NCBI RefSeq assembly: GCF_964204645.1
Contig: NC_134032.1
Coordinates: forward strand, 15,302,275-15,366,274
DNA: 64,000 nucleotides
From: Tubulanus polymorphus
Lineage: Eukaryota > Animalia > Nemertea
Direction of reading: 5' to 3'
Shown: one piece after another, positions 27,111 to 58,231 of the stretch
Layout: each line of letters starts with the position of its first letter
How positions within the stretch are numbered: position 1 is the stretch's first letter
Program-made: the position numbers and the translations under genes
The notes under the pieces: model-generated
What the model saw: the letters and a program-made list of their open reading frames with translations, nothing else
The model's database searches: none
What the model was told of the DNA's origin: nothing

Positions 27111-27908
27111 ATCTGCCCGCTTTGACACATCAATAGACCTCCGATAAAACTCCCATAAATCTGCAGATATAAATCTCGCGATTTCCCGTCTTTTATCGCG
27201 GGAGTTCGGGAAGTATATGCCCGCGCCATCTGTCATCTGTCTGTTCAGTAGACGAAACAACTACCGTTACTTAAATCAATTAGTTATTGATCCGAGCAGG
27301 CTTTGAGCAGTCTGACGTCATCGGGAAGCTAGGCCACGACGATGATTGAACGATCCGTAAGATGTAAAGAGTCGATAGAAAGAAAAGAAGATTGAAATCA
27401 TCTTTTTCCCTTCAACCCGACGACGACAGCATCGAAAGATGAGAAGAGATTTCGGAATGTGTTTTGTTTCGCAGACGATGGCGGCGGCGATCACGTGTGT
27501 TACACCAGTCACTCGCTGTTGATCGATTTAAACAGGTCACGTGGGTCGAATCTACCGTATTTCCTGTGATTAACGGGAAATATATTTCCTTTCAGTCCCG
27601 CGCTCGACAAAATTAAACAGACTCACACACCGACGCGGAATTTGTGGAGATAGTGTCATCATTCATCGGCTTCGTTGTTATGGGAGCGAACAGATTTTGA
27701 ATAAAATCGTCGCTATTGTTGTTGCCGTCTCTTGGAGTGAGATCGAGTCGATCACAGATTTTTAAAAACAGCAGCAGCAGCAGCAGCGGCAGCGCGCCGG
27801 CAGTCGTTCATTCAATTACCAACTATAAGCGCATGCCACTTTATCAATCAGGGTCACTGACGTGATCACAGCTGTCAAATCCGTATAAAGATTGACGTCG
27901 TCCAAGCT

Positions 27909-27979
27909 GCATCGGTGGTTCAGTGGTAGAATTCTCGCCTGCCACGCGGGGGGCCCGGGTTCGATTCCCGGCCGATGCA
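27909..27979 (+). tRNA. tRNA-Gly(GCC)
   Basis: Identical sequence, T7 terminator downstream. Confidence 0.95.
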
Positions 27980-28632
27980 AAAACTTTTTTTTAGACACTT
28001 AAGTTTTGAATCCGCTTTTCGTAAAAATCTATTTCGACCAATAAGTAAAATGCGACATGTGTGTGCGTCAATAACTCTTTTTTCAATTACACGTGTCCTT
28101 TTTCTGGGAAACAGCTCCTGGGCTGAAGAAAATATGTCTATTTCACAATCGATGAAAATAAAAATAGTCATCGGTTTTATAAACATCAAAGTAAAACCTA
28201 TACGGTTCATTATAGCGCTATATACCCTCTCCTTCTCTCTCCCTCTCTCCCTCTCTCCCTCTCCTTCCCCTCTCCCTCCTCTCCCTCTACCCCTCCTCTC
28301 TCTCTCTCTCTCTAGTTTGCGCCTGAAGTTAATACTAGCGGATCGAAAACCCAACCGGATTTCGCTCCGTAGTCGGTAGCGCCGTTCTTCTGGCAGCATA
28401 AAAACATCTCTCGTCATTTCGGGTTTAATTTATCATCTTCCTAGCGACATTTTCATTACAGGAACACGGCACGACCGAGAACAGACAGAAGTCTGTTGCA
28501 GAGGAAATTAATGATTTTTTGAATTCATCGCACCTGCGCGCACCTGCTGCGCACTTTGACATTTTACTTGAATGTTTATATTAGAATCGGTCGAGAGACA
28601 ATGCTGCGCTACTCGTTAGTGTGTGACGATAA

Positions 28633-28749
<117 letters not shown>

Positions 28750-29244
28750 CGCCTGCCAGTGCCTGCTAAATAGTCATTTTAAGCAGGGGCGGATTTAGGT
28801 GGTGGGGTGGGGTAGGGGGTGTACCCTAGCTTCCTAACGAAATTTTTCTGATGAATTTTTTCTGATTAAAATTTTCCTGATAAAATCTTTCTGATGATCT
28901 GATGGCTGTTTCTATAGATTATATCTTATAAACATCTAGTTAAAACCTAAAAATCAGTATTCCCGAAAATGACTGCAAGAATATAATCGAAATAAACTTG
29001 AATAAACTACAAGCGTGAAGAAACACGAAACCTCTTCACGCCCCTCCTCCTATCCAAACTCAGCCACCTGCCCTCAGTCTGCGCCGATTTTATTACTATC
29101 CTCAAACTAACAACTATCATGCTGGTAAAAACCAGTAACTAAACGCATCCCTTGCGATAACTGGTTGGAAAGGTGTTCATTTGTCTAGTAATTAGTTTCG
29201 TTTTGTAGGTGTTTCAGTTTGAATGTTATTGTTCTGTTCTGTAG

Positions 29245-29332
29245 GTGTTTTTATTGTGTTTTGTAGGTGTTTTTATTGTGTTTTGTAGGTGTTTTTATTG
29301 TGTTTTGTAGGTGTTTTTATTGTGTTTTGTAG
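29245..29332 (+). repeat. 22-bp tandem repeat of the exon 2a splice acceptor
   Basis: GTGTTTTTATTGTGTTTTGTAG, 4 copies, ending at the productive AG. Confidence 0.9.
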
Positions 29333-47016
<17,684 letters not shown>

Positions 47017-48061
47017 TCTTCGCCCCCCAGGGCCCTGAACGCGTGGGCAGCTTTTATTGTGAATGATCTGTGATAAAACGATATAAAAATGGCGGCCGTT
47101 TCCACACGACCTTGAACACGACTATGCCCTGTGTTATCGTTGCGTAGCGACGGAAGGCTCCGATTTTATCGTCGAGCTCGAGAAATAATGTTCGATCGGG
47201 GCAAAACGAATTTATATCAGGGTCAAAAGAAGTAAATGTAATTTATAATACAACCACCGATAGAGGGAGTCTGATGCAGTTTTGATATTGAATGAAGGAA
47301 ACCACTTTTTGAAATAAGTATGAAAACTTCGCGAAAGGACGAGACGTATGGTACAATACACAGCCTATAACTGCTTCAAATATAGAGTCAACTTTGAAAA
47401 GTATCCAAACGACGGACAAATTGGCCATAGATCTTAGTCTTTCATCAGTGTAATTTATTCATTAGAAACGCTACTCAAAATATCGCGGTAAATGAACAAC
47501 GGACTTCCGCCGGCGCAACTCTGGCAATCGAGGATTCCATTGGGTTCGAATCCCAGCCGGAGGATGACGATAAGTCTTACCGACGCCAACGCGCTCTATC
47601 GCAGCCGACAACGGTTCAACGTTTATAATTCATTGATGTGTAAATAAATGAATCGATTTTTATTACTATTTCGGTAGCTCCCTCTAGCGTCAAGCTCAGG
47701 AGTTACGCTCTGCTGTCACGTCACTGATAATTGTACATAAGAAAAATCTTTTATCAATAGGCTATAGTTATAATTATAAATTGTTAATATTACCATTATT
47801 ATTATAACTATTATCATTATTATTATTTTTATTTCTATTGATATCATTATCATTATTATCATTATCATTATTATTATTAGAATATATTTAGAAATCAGAT
47901 TCCTATGATTGAATGTTCAGTGAGCGTACTGCTGCTCCAGTGCGCCACTCCGGCGTACTGTAGCAATGCACATTCATTGTTGTGACGTAAACACACTTTT
48001 TCACTGTGTACACACACTAAAATTCGATCTTTGAAGCAATCGGTAAAAACTACTAGTTTCG

Positions 48062-48282
48062 TGATGCCATCAGGTTCGAATCCCGGTCAAATCCCTGCCG
48101 AGGGAGGAACGTGGCATAGTCTCACGATGTCATCAGGTTCGAATCCTTGCCGAGGGAGGAACGTGGCAGAGTCTCACGATGTCATCAGGTTCGAATCCCT
48201 GCCAAGGGAGGAACCTGGCAGAGTCTCACGATGTCACCAGGTTCCCGTCCGTGCCGAGGGAGGAACCCTGCAGAGACTCACG
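48062..48282 (+). repeat. 52-bp B-box minisatellite, second locus
   Basis: Same unit as 24292, ~4 copies. Confidence 0.85.
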
Positions 48283-48841
48283 GTGATCCTTATTTCCAGA
48301 AACAGTTGTCTGATTTGGTCTGTCAAACGTTTGCTAATTCATTTTGGTTGTTGATTTTTATATAGAAAATAATATATACGTCTCAGAAAGCGCGTAGTGT
48401 GCGCGTGTGCGTGTGCGTGTGCGTGCGTGCGTGTGTGTGTGCGAATGATTGGTGAGTGGAGTGAAAGGGAGATAAATGAAAACAGTTGAAATCTTATGGT
48501 ATTAAAGGCTTGGTCTCTGAGATTGCGTATCCGATGTTCCAATAATGGGTTAATGGTCTGTTTGCTGAAGACACGACTGTGGACCCGGTGAATGTCTGTC
48601 GAAATATTCCAATAAATCATTTGTTACTGAATGATTGCTGTTTGACTGCTGTACAATAAACAAGTGGTGTCGGATGTATATTGCTGAAATTTTGTTTATC
48701 CCGCCAGATGGCGCGAGGAACATCCAATCGGTATGTTTTTCAAACACCTGACGTTAAGAATATATCGATGTCAAACACACCTGCACGGTGCAATTGTCCT
48801 CGATTGGACCTTTATACTTCAGATTGTGGCAGATATAACGA

Positions 48842-48912
48842 GCATCGGTGGTTCAGTGGTAGAATTCTCGCCTGCCACGCGGGGGGCCCGGGTTCGATTC
48901 CCGGCCGATGCA
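48842..48912 (+). tRNA. tRNA-Gly(GCC)
   Basis: Identical sequence, T-run downstream. Confidence 0.95.
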
Positions 48913-49504
48913 ATGTTATTTTTTTGCAATTCAGTCTTTGCTTTGATTATAGCATTAATTTTTTGGGATGTCTTTAGGGTTATCGAAGACATCTATTTAG
49001 TTTGATTTACTCATCGGCTGGTTTGCTTAAAACCCTGACCCTATTTAAATGGACGAGAGAGCAGTTGTGAAAGGAGTGAAAATCGGGAGCGTTGTTTAAC
49101 CGAAAATGGGCGGAGCATGAGAGATTCGAATAAGTGATTGACAGAATTGTCAACGTGTCACGTGGAGTTGAATCATTGTTAAATCAATTTCGAATCAGCA
49201 ATATTCTAATGTGCAGAAAAAAAACGTGCGAACAAAACTAACAGCGTTGCCTGGAACTACGAGTCGTCAGGTTGTGTGAATGTGTTGTTTGAATCGTTGC
49301 TATTGTTTCCGTTGCTACGTTACCGTTGCTAGTTATTTACATTCAGGTTTTACGATTATATCGTTAAATGTTTAGAGGCAGCTGTGTATTTTTATCGTTA
49401 TGACATAATTAACTGTTTATCAGAATAATTCAAATAATGCTAACTCGTGTCCGGTGAAAAGCGTGGACTGGGTCTGAAAGACTTCATTTGATTGGTGACC
49501 TCTG

Positions 49505-49614
49505 GGGTCCAGTTCCACAGTTCTGAGTTAAGATTTGACCCTGGGTTAAAACATTGAAAATGAACTAACTTTAACTCAGAGTTAACTCTAACTCACAACT
49601 GTGGAACTGGGTCC
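49505..49614. mobile_element. ~110-bp MITE (Harbinger-like)
   Basis: TIR GGGTCCAGTTCCACAGTT / AACTGTGGAACTGGGTCC. Inverted homolog of 61086-61194. Confidence 0.75.
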
Positions 49615-49756
49615 TGATGAACTAACATCACTAATGAATTCTACCTCAGTACTAACTAACGCAAGCAAATTCAACTTACAAAAAGGAATTATCTGTTAGA
49701 AAATGTTGTTGTTGCATATCAAATGTTGTCCATTTGAGTTGTGTTAACGTTTCTCG

Positions 49757-49758
<2 letters not shown>

Positions 49759-49827
<69 letters not shown>
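49759..49827. repeat. (CAG)n microsatellite
   Basis: Direct inspection. Confidence 0.97.
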
Positions 49828-49830
<3 letters not shown>

Positions 49831-50651
49831 TGATCGACAGAGCGTTTCACCAAGAACCTTAGTGTCTGATGTACCACAGTTGGGTTCACTAGGATCGTAG
49901 AGTGACGGAGATCACTGTAGATACAACCACTTCCGGGACTGACTGAACTAAAGGGGTTCATCAAGAACCTCAGTGTCTGATGTACCACAGTTGGGTACAT
50001 TAGGATCGTAGAGCTACGGGGTCATTGTGGAGACAACCGCTGCCAGGACTGAGTGAACAGAGTGTATGCTTCAGTTAAGTTTTTTCTTGGGGGGGGGGGG
50101 GAGGGCGGATAGTTGGAAGTGGTTTGAGAGGGGTGTGTGAGTCGAGGTGTACTCGGTTTCTGCAGCTATCAACTTGCTGTCTGTTCACACCCGTCAGACG
50201 TTTGACGGAGTGACATATTCACCATTTTCAAAAAAAATGCTTGAAACATTCAAGCGTCGCCACCCCTTGTGGCAGTACACCAGACATTGGTAATTGAAAA
50301 TGAATCGGGATGTCATGTCTGAACCATCAACTTTAGACGACGGTCGTACACCGTTTGTGGAAAATGTGTTCGTCCAAACTTCGCCAATCAAACGACAATC
50401 GTCTGAGGGGGCGGGGTACAGACAGTTGATTGACAGCTGCATTAGTGTGAATGATTGTTGGCGTCTGGAAACTGTGAAAAATGCCTATTCGTGAATTGTG
50501 GATGAATTCAGATATGAGTGTGTGTATGGAGTGTGTGCTGGAATGTATCAATAATTGTCACTATGTCAACTATCCACTGATTAGCTCTAACTAACTTTTG
50601 AGCAACTGCAGCCCCTGGGTTATACTGTTACAGGGCTGCTGGTGATTCCAC

Positions 50652-50814
50652 TTGTGGCAATCGAGGAACCACCAGGGGCGCTTACGTAATTCTTCCTGTG
50701 GCAATCGAGGAACCATCAGGGGCGCTTACGTAATTCTTCCTGCGGCAATCGAGGAACCACCAGGGGCGCTTACATAATTCCTCCTGCGGCAATCGAGGAA
50801 CCACCAGGGGCGCA
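50652..50814 (+). repeat. 44-bp tandem repeat with CTCF-like core CCACCAGGGGCGC
   Basis: About 4 units of GGCAATCGAGGAACCACCAGGGGCGCTTACGTAATTCTTCCTG. Confidence 0.8.
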
Positions 50815-51010
50815 ATGAGTCCTACCTGTACATAATTCAATCCTTAGATTGGGCAAACGTTATACACGCAACTAAACCAACTTCACTCGATATGTAAGGT
50901 TAAAGATAGGTTACCAGTCACTATAAAATGTAATTAGCAGACATATTGTCACATGGGTTGAGTTCCTGGGTATAAAAGAAAAAGTCAAAATGCACCGCCG
51001 AGGGCTGAAT

Positions 51011-51084
51011 TGCCCCGTGTGAGGCTCGAACTCACGACCTTCAGATTATGAGACTGACGCGCTAACCAACTGCGCCAACGAGGC
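51011..51084 (-). tRNA. tRNA-Met(CAT), elongator
   Basis: Reverse complement GCCTCGTTGGCGCAGTTGGTTAGCGCGTCAGTCTCATAATCTGAAGGTCGTGAGTTCGAGCCTCACACGGGGCA. G1 and TTC T-loop indicate the elongator type. Confidence 0.94.
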
Positions 51085-52959
51085 GGTTATTTGTCACATA
51101 GCATGTCACCGAGTCAATGGTCGCATAATTCGTGTTTGTGAAGAATTGAATATGATTTGAATGGTCGTAGCGCGCGTGAGTACGTGCGCGTGTGCGAACG
51201 GGTGCCGTGTGCCGTGTGTGAGGGCTGTCGTCTGTCGTTGTGAGCTTTGTCGTCTGCTATTGTGTTCGGTGTGATTTGTTGACATCGATTCAAAGCGACG
51301 ACTGTTTCTCGAAAATAACGACCGCGAGCGCGCCAATGTCGCTTAACCCGCGAAATGATTCAAATATTCAAATTAGCAAACGTTTTAACGATCGATTTAT
51401 CGATTTTGATATGGAACAACAAAATGAAGCGGTTGTTCATTAGTTTCGAATCTGTCGATGTATTTTTGCTGTGATACATATGCAAGCACTTTTTAAACAT
51501 CAGCACGTATCAATAGTTTCAAATATCGATTTCTATTGTTATTATTCTAAAATTATTACTATTATTATTATTAGTATTATTGATTATCATATCATTACAC
51601 GTCTTATTTTTTCCACCAGAACACGAGGTACGCACTTCCGGTCCATGGCTGACTAAGAATCAAAATCAACTCAAATCAAATTATGGTAGATTATTTAAAT
51701 TCTATTATGATAAAGGGCCCTGTGTGAAAAGCCGTTAGTTTTGAAAACATGAATAAAATGTTTGACTGTGGATATCGATTCCGCATGGATCCGCTAGGTG
51801 TCGTTTGCGTGCATTAAAAACCACAAAGATGTTGCATTCCTTTTTAAATTCAATACCGCTAAAATCTATCCTCAATTTCTCAAATAAAATGTCCTTTATA
51901 AACCTCAACAAAGAGCAATATAGATTCATCTTGTTCGTAAAGTGCAATGTATTATTTCTAAAATAGGGGGCGCGACAATCTAGGCGAAAGTTAATTGAAA
52001 CTGAACCCAATTATGATCGAGTTTTCCTACCGTCAGAGCGCCATCTAGCGGGATAGCTGGTGGCACAGGGTCCTCATTTTTAATTCACTCGTTACTGTTT
52101 AAACTGGACCATGTTTGTTGTTTCATTTTTAATCTTAACTTTTATTCGTTGTCAAATTAGTAATCAACTCTTCTAAAAAGGTTACAAAAATGATACCTTG
52201 CTTCTCTTAATCGACCGGTACATTTTGAAAACCGCAACAAAATTTGTAATCAGTTCATTTCTAATAACTGTCGGGTCTGTAGTTATCGTTAGCTTGATTC
52301 TAATTAAGTAATGTACAGGGTCAGATAGGCGGTCGGCCGGGCCAACTTTTAAGCTCAGCAGTAAGAAACGAGGTATGCATTTTTTAGCCTAAAATAAGTA
52401 ATTTTTTCTTGAATTACCGATTACAATATTCTCTATTTAAATCGTAGATTCATAAAATACAAGTTCTTTGTAATTTTCAGTGTATGTTTGTAGCTAGGAC
52501 GATCTGTCAATTGAAAACGACAAAAAAAAACAAACAATTCATCTTTACTATGTCGATACAAATACCATGACACGTGACTAGACGCGCAGTCGTTCATTGG
52601 TCGATGAGGCGTGCGCTTCGATGACGTCACATAAACCGTTCGAGTGTTGGTGACGTCAATCACTTTTTCCTCTTTTGTGTAATAATGACGTCATTGCGAT
52701 GACGTGTTAACGATGTAGGCGATGAAGATGTTGATGACCAATTTATAATTTTTGTTACATTTACAAAATTATTATCAATATCATGAAAAATTAATAAATG
52801 AGTCTGTTTATTACGAAAAAAAAAACAATATCGATTGTTGAGTCGTTGTTCCTATGGTGATGGTGTAGCAAGGACGAAATCGGACATCCGGGTAGTTAAT
52901 TTCTCCAAATTCATCCAACAAGATAGAAACGGCCCAATATCTAAAACATCATTTGGTCA

Positions 52960-53180
52960 ACGTGTCGAAACGCTCACATGTCGAATCGATCGGGAACGCG
53001 CACGTGTCGACTCCATCGTGAACGCGCACGTGTCGACTCGACCGGGAACGCTCACGTGTCGACTCGATCGTGAACGCGCACGTGTCGACTCGATCGCGGA
53101 ACGCGCACGTGTCGACTCGACCGGGAACGCGCACGTGTCGACTCGACCGGGAACGCTCGCGTGTCGACTCGGTCGGGAAG
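52960..53180. repeat. ~26-bp CpG-rich palindromic minisatellite
   Basis: GGGAACGCGCACGTGTCGACTCGACC, ~8 copies, in the putative 3' UTR of the minus-strand gene. Confidence 0.85.
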
Positions 53181-53290
53181 CGAGCACATCGACCACTCGG
53201 CCTCGCAGACCAGGACACGAACCAGGAATACTGTGAGCCCGAGTCCTGCAGCTTTAAACGTCGTTCTCTAAACGGTTGTGTTCCTGCAAT

Positions 53291-54739
53291 TCACGTTTTG
53301 CCGCCGCTATGATCTTCTATCGACACATCCGGCGTATTCCCAATTCGTGTATCTCCGTTCGTTTCCGGCACCGCGGTCGGCATTTTCCGACTGTTGCCGA
53401 GCAGGGTGGCGGAAACGCCCGAGTTCGACCGTTCGGTTTCGGTCGATACCTGAACCGGTGTAAACAGGGGTGATAGACCGCGCATGTTCGTAGCGGATAT
53501 TAGCTGATATCCAGTCCGGAGTTGATCCGGTTTGTTTTTTACGGACGGCTCCGGTGTAGTGCAGAACCCCGGAACCCTATATCGTAAATTTAATCTATCC
53601 GATGATAATGTCGTCTGCTGATTAATCAGATACTCGGGTGTAAATGTACTCGAGCGTTGTTGCTCGTGGTCGCTACTCCGCCTTAAATCCGGAGTCGTAC
53701 AGGGGAATCCCGTAAACGGATTGACCCGTCGCTCTTGGTTACCGGGAGATAAACTAGTCACTTCCGGTAAGAAACTCGGTGACTTCCGGTCAGGTGATAG
53801 ACTAAATTTACGTTGTTTAGCGCGATGAGTGCCGTAGCTAGATCTCCTCCAACTAGCGGGCGGCTCCGACGAAACGACGTTATGCCTCCCATTATCGCGA
53901 CCGCTAGGGGGAGCCACGATTAATGTAAACGGGTTCTCTATTCCGCTAGTTGATGATGATTTACGCCTTGTGGGTTTCGGGTGGTCACGTGATGGCGATA
54001 AAACCGTCTGTTGCTGCTGCTGATGTTGGTGGTGGGGTAGGTTGAACTCTAGTTGCAATCTAGCTCGCACCGATCTGATATTCGATTGGCGTTTGGGGCA
54101 GCTTAGCTGTAGCAGGTGCTCTTTGCGACTGATTTTCGGAATATCGGTTTTCGGGTGATGTTTTTTTGCAATCGTCGTTTCGTCCGCGTCGTCGTCGTCG
54201 TTTTCGCTTTCAGACGAATCCAAAATGGCCGACCGTCGTAGTGAATTCATCGCTACTTCCGATGGCGGTGGTTTCCTGACAAACGATGCTCCACCCGATG
54301 CGTCATCGTACTCGTCCTTCACCTTCAGTTTCTCTTTGAAGGTCACATGTAATCCATCTGGCGATTGCGTCGCTCCGCCAGGTGGCACTATATTATAGGA
54401 AACGGAACTGCGGCCATTATTGATTAAGCACGATCTGGGCGAGTCTACTGTATTACTACGCGGGTGATTCGCCGCCGTCGTCGGTAAACATGCTAGCGAA
54501 TTTCGTCTGCGCGCGTGCGACGAGGTCAAGGCCGTCAGGGAACGACTGATCGATTTTTGGGTGTTGTTTATATCGTGGAACGATAGGCGGCGCTGGCGTT
54601 CCATTTTTACGTACTCATGACGTAAACGGATATCCTCCCGGGCGATGCTGCGCAGGGACTCGTCGCTGTATTCGGAGCGGACTGCGGCACCGGACCTCTG
54701 TGCGGTCACCGAGGATTTAGCCCTCGGCGACGTCGCCAT
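53291..54739 (-). CDS. Uncharacterized ~482-aa protein (N-terminal predicted helix/coiled coil, S/P/R-rich disordered remainder)
   Basis: 1.45-kb non-repetitive ORF. ATG at 54739 lies 16 nt after a strong acceptor (TTTTATCTTTTTCAG|, exon start 54755). Minus-strand AATAAA at 52812-52807. Confidence 0.72.
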   Translation of the reverse strand: MATSPRAKSSVTAQRSGAAVRSEYSDESLRSIAREDIRLRHEYVKMERQRRLSFHDINNTQKSISRSLTALTSSHARRRNSLACLPTTAANHPRSNTVDSPRSCLINNGRSSVSYNIVPPGGATQSPDGLHVTFKEKLKVKDEYDDASGGASFVRKPPPSEVAMNSLRRSAILDSSESENDDDDADETTIAKKHHPKTDIPKISRKEHLLQLSCPKRQSNIRSVRARLQLEFNLPHHQHQQQQQTVLSPSRDHPKPTRRKSSSTSGIENPFTLIVAPPSGRDNGRHNVVSSEPPASWRRSSYGTHRAKQRKFSLSPDRKSPSFLPEVTSLSPGNQERRVNPFTGFPCTTPDLRRSSDHEQQRSSTFTPEYLINQQTTLSSDRLNLRYRVPGFCTTPEPSVKNKPDQLRTGYQLISATNMRGLSPLFTPVQVSTETERSNSGVSATLLGNSRKMPTAVPETNGDTRIGNTPDVSIEDHSGGKT

Positions 54740-55119
54740 TATGAATGTGATCCTTCTGAAAAAGATAAAAGAATTTTCAAGATAACAACATAATTGAACC
54801 ATATCTATCCACAGTGGCTCCAGTTCCACAGTGGACCCAGTTCACTGGCCGGGTGGAGTTCTAAAGTGGATCCGGCTCCAGTTCCACAGCTCAGGATCCA
54901 GTTCCACAGTGGACCCAGTTCACTGGCCGGGTGGAGTTCCAAAGTGGATCCGGCTCCAGTTCCACAAAAGACGATATCCATTAATAATCCAAACTTGATT
55001 GAGGCATGAATGGAAAGAGCATTGTCCGATAGAAATATTTAGATTTTAGCGAATGCAGAAAACCCGTTAACCATCACCGGCCCCTTAGACTTAGACTTAA
55101 GACCTGTCCGAGAACAACT

Positions 55120-55305
55120 TAGTTCTATAGCTAATCTAACAACTTAAGACCAGTCTCAACTCATTTTGGTTCTATAACCAATCTAACAACTTAAGACCAG
55201 TCTAAACTCATTTTGGTTCTATAACCAATTTAACAACTTAAGACCAGTCTTAAGATTTAAGACCGGCACTTTTGTACTTAAGTCATGACTGTGCAACCTG
55301 GACCC
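55120..55305 (+). mobile_element. MITE with family A 47-bp units
   Basis: About 3 units followed by the TIR GACTGTGCAACCTGGACCC. Confidence 0.65.
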
Positions 55306-57175
55306 AACCAATTCTATGCAAGTTAGAATTATAACTCAGGGCCAGATCCACAGTAGAGACTAAAGTTCAAATATTGGCTTAAGTCTTAAGACTGGCCTTA
55401 AGTAGTTAGATTGGCTATAGAACTAACATGGTCTTAGACTGGTCATAAGTCTAAGCCATGACTATGGAACTGACCCCTGGTTCCAAAAAGAGAGAAGTTG
55501 ATGAATGAATGCGAACCTTTCCGGAAACATGAGAAAAAGCTACTGAAATTCCACCCGATCTGGGCTAGAAAAACCGGACACAAGTTTTATCGGAAATTTC
55601 ATACAATATTCATAGATATGATTTTTAAAGTCGCTATACTCTCCAAGGGGGGGGCAACTTCACAATCGGTAATTAAAACGAAACCATGTCTATTGACACT
55701 AACTGTGGCCAAACAATTCGGCGGGCGGCCATATTGTCATAAAGTGAAGTACGCACTCTTCTTAATCCATTACTAATCCGTGACACGGTGTGGATTAGTG
55801 AGGATTAGTTAATCCGTACTAATCCACTTATTCGACGATTAGTCGGGTTCGCGGATTTGAAGTGAATTGGCAGGTGTGATTTAACACGGAAAATAGAAAC
55901 CTAACTGAGGTCGTAATTGCGAGTCCGTGACGTCACAATACCGATGATGGATTGATAGTGGGCGTCATGGCGACGCGAAGATTGAAGTTCAACTCCAGGT
56001 TATACAACAACAAAGATTGAGCTTTTTATGATTATTTTTTGATGATTCAACAGCGTTCTTGAATACAGGCCCGCGCAGCCCGGCAATTCCAACGGCAAAA
56101 TACTTACAAGGCAAATTCTAGGCAAAACTTGCGTATTGAAGCAATCGAAGAAATAAGACTTAAATCGAGGCAAACAGCAAAGATATAGGTAATAATGGTT
56201 TTTTAATTCAAAAGGGTTTATAAAACCAGCGCTTAGTCCGGCCCTTCGAATAGCAAATAGTCTAAAGTGGAAAATAGTCTAAATATCCTACCTATGCAAA
56301 ACAAGCAAACTAAAAGTTACAAATAAAATTACTAGCGTTAACCTAAAGGTTCGAACCCGGGTCCACCAGCGCCAGCGGAGCATGCTGACCACTAGACTTA
56401 TCAGTTTGGTGACGCATTCAGCTGTAGTGACCCGGTCAACTGTTGGTTGAAAAAATATTTGGACAAAATGGTTGCCAAATACTTGAATACATAAGAAAAT
56501 TATTCGAAATCTATTTCAATGAGATGAATCAACTTTGCATGAATCTTTAAGCATTTCTTGTAAACTTGAAAAATATACGTCACTTTTAGGAAGGCGCCTC
56601 AAAAAATGGTAATTTTGTGTTATTTATTGTAACTTTTTAACCCATCACAATTTACCTTACCTTTTTACTAGAATTTCAAAATAACGAGATTTTCATTATT
56701 TTCCAAGTTTTTCTAAATCCTATTTTTCTAAACCTATCGTATAACAATTCGTAAGTCGTAAGTCGAATATCGAATATATGCGTGTCTTATACGACGTCCA
56801 CAGTGTTTCACATCCCACGCGAAATGATCCTCTATTCAGCGAGTAGAGAACACAATCAATGACTGATATATCATCGTCTGCCGCGGCCCGAGAACTGCGC
56901 CGCGCAGGCGTGTTACAGCTACAACAGCTATCGGCAGATTGTAGCGACAGACTATTTGGAAAAAATAACATCCGTAATGGTTTTTTTTATGTTTGAGTAT
57001 TGATTCTGTGCCCGGCGCCGTAGCGACCAAATGATACAAGGACTCTATGAACTCGCCGTTGCCTAGTTATTGCCTCCCTTCCTAAATAGGAGAATGCAGA
57101 TCATGGTAGCGATGCTTGAAGCATCTCTCGGTCGAGGATCCCGTGGCCCTGGACCCGCTTTTAACTTACAATTGA

Positions 57176-57740
57176 AACCAGTCTAAGACTTAGTTCTATA
57201 ACCAATCTAACAACTTAAAACCAGGTCTAAACCCATTTTGGTTCTATAAACAATCTAAAAACTTAAGATCAGTCTAAACTCATTTTAGTTCTATAACCAA
57301 TCTAACAACTTAAGACCAGTCTAAGCTCATTTTGGTTCTATAGCCAATCTATCAACTTAAAACCAGTCTAAGCTCATTCTAGTTCTATAACCAATCAAAC
57401 AACTTAAGACCAGTCTAAGCTCACTCTAGTTCTATAACCAATCTAACAACTTAAGACCAGTCTAAGCTCATTTTAGTTCCATAACCAATCTAACAACTTG
57501 AGACCAGTCTAAGCTCATTTTAGTTCTATAACCAATCAAACAACTTAAGACCAGTCTAAGCTCATTTTAGTTCTATAACCAATCTAACAACTTGAGACCA
57601 GTCTAAGCTCATTTTAGTTCTATAACCAATCAAACAACTTAAGACCAGTCTAAGCTCATTTTAGTTCTATAACCAATCAAACAACTTAAGACCAGTCTAA
57701 GCTCACTCTAGTTCTATAACCAATCTAACTACTTAAGATC
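57176..57740 (+). repeat. 47-bp minisatellite (family A), ~12 copies
   Basis: Direct inspection. Confidence 0.93.
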
Positions 57741-58231
57741 TGGATTTGCCAAGTTCTATCTATGGTCCCTGGACCTTAATCGCTTCATCATTCATCCATG
57801 GATGGATTAATCTCGATATTGACCTGATACTTAGGCTAAGAAAAAGAAACCCGTCTAGAAAATCTGACACTATCCTTATTAATCATTTTATGATTTGCCA
57901 TCGATATGCGCATGCGCGTGAAAAAAAAACAAAAACTCGAAATCATCGATTCGTCATAAATCACGCGTATTGCGAGCGAGGCGTGCGGACGAAACGACGA
58001 GGCGTTGATACGAATTATTAGAAACGAATTAGGAATTTTAAGGAAATCAGTTGCGTGTGTAAGGAGACGTGGTCTCTGTATCTGAGTATTTCAAACTGGT
58101 GATGCAGAACTCCGACCGACTGCGTTCAGAGTTTCTATTCGCTTCCGGTCGTAAGTGAAGTCTACACGTAAACTCTATCTACAAACTTCGTCTCATTAGA
58201 CTCAATGAAAAGCAGTTGATTTTCCTGAGAG

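Noticed and set aside
26880-27260. PolyQ/polyA ORFs
   Set aside because: Produced by the CAG/CTG repeat; no supporting domain or convincing splice structure.
52949-53293. TGA readthrough or selenocysteine extension of the 482-aa ORF
   Set aside because: The in-frame continuation is mostly a GC-rich tandem repeat and I recognised no SECIS.
54740-54829. N-terminal 30 aa of the 512-aa track ORF
   Set aside because: It begins inside a family B repeat and crosses a strong splice acceptor. ATG 54739 is the better start.
56343-56398. tRNA-like sequences here and at 59190-59240, 45933 and 46036
   Set aside because: Only A/B-box remnants with no complete cloverleaf; SINE debris rather than tRNA genes.
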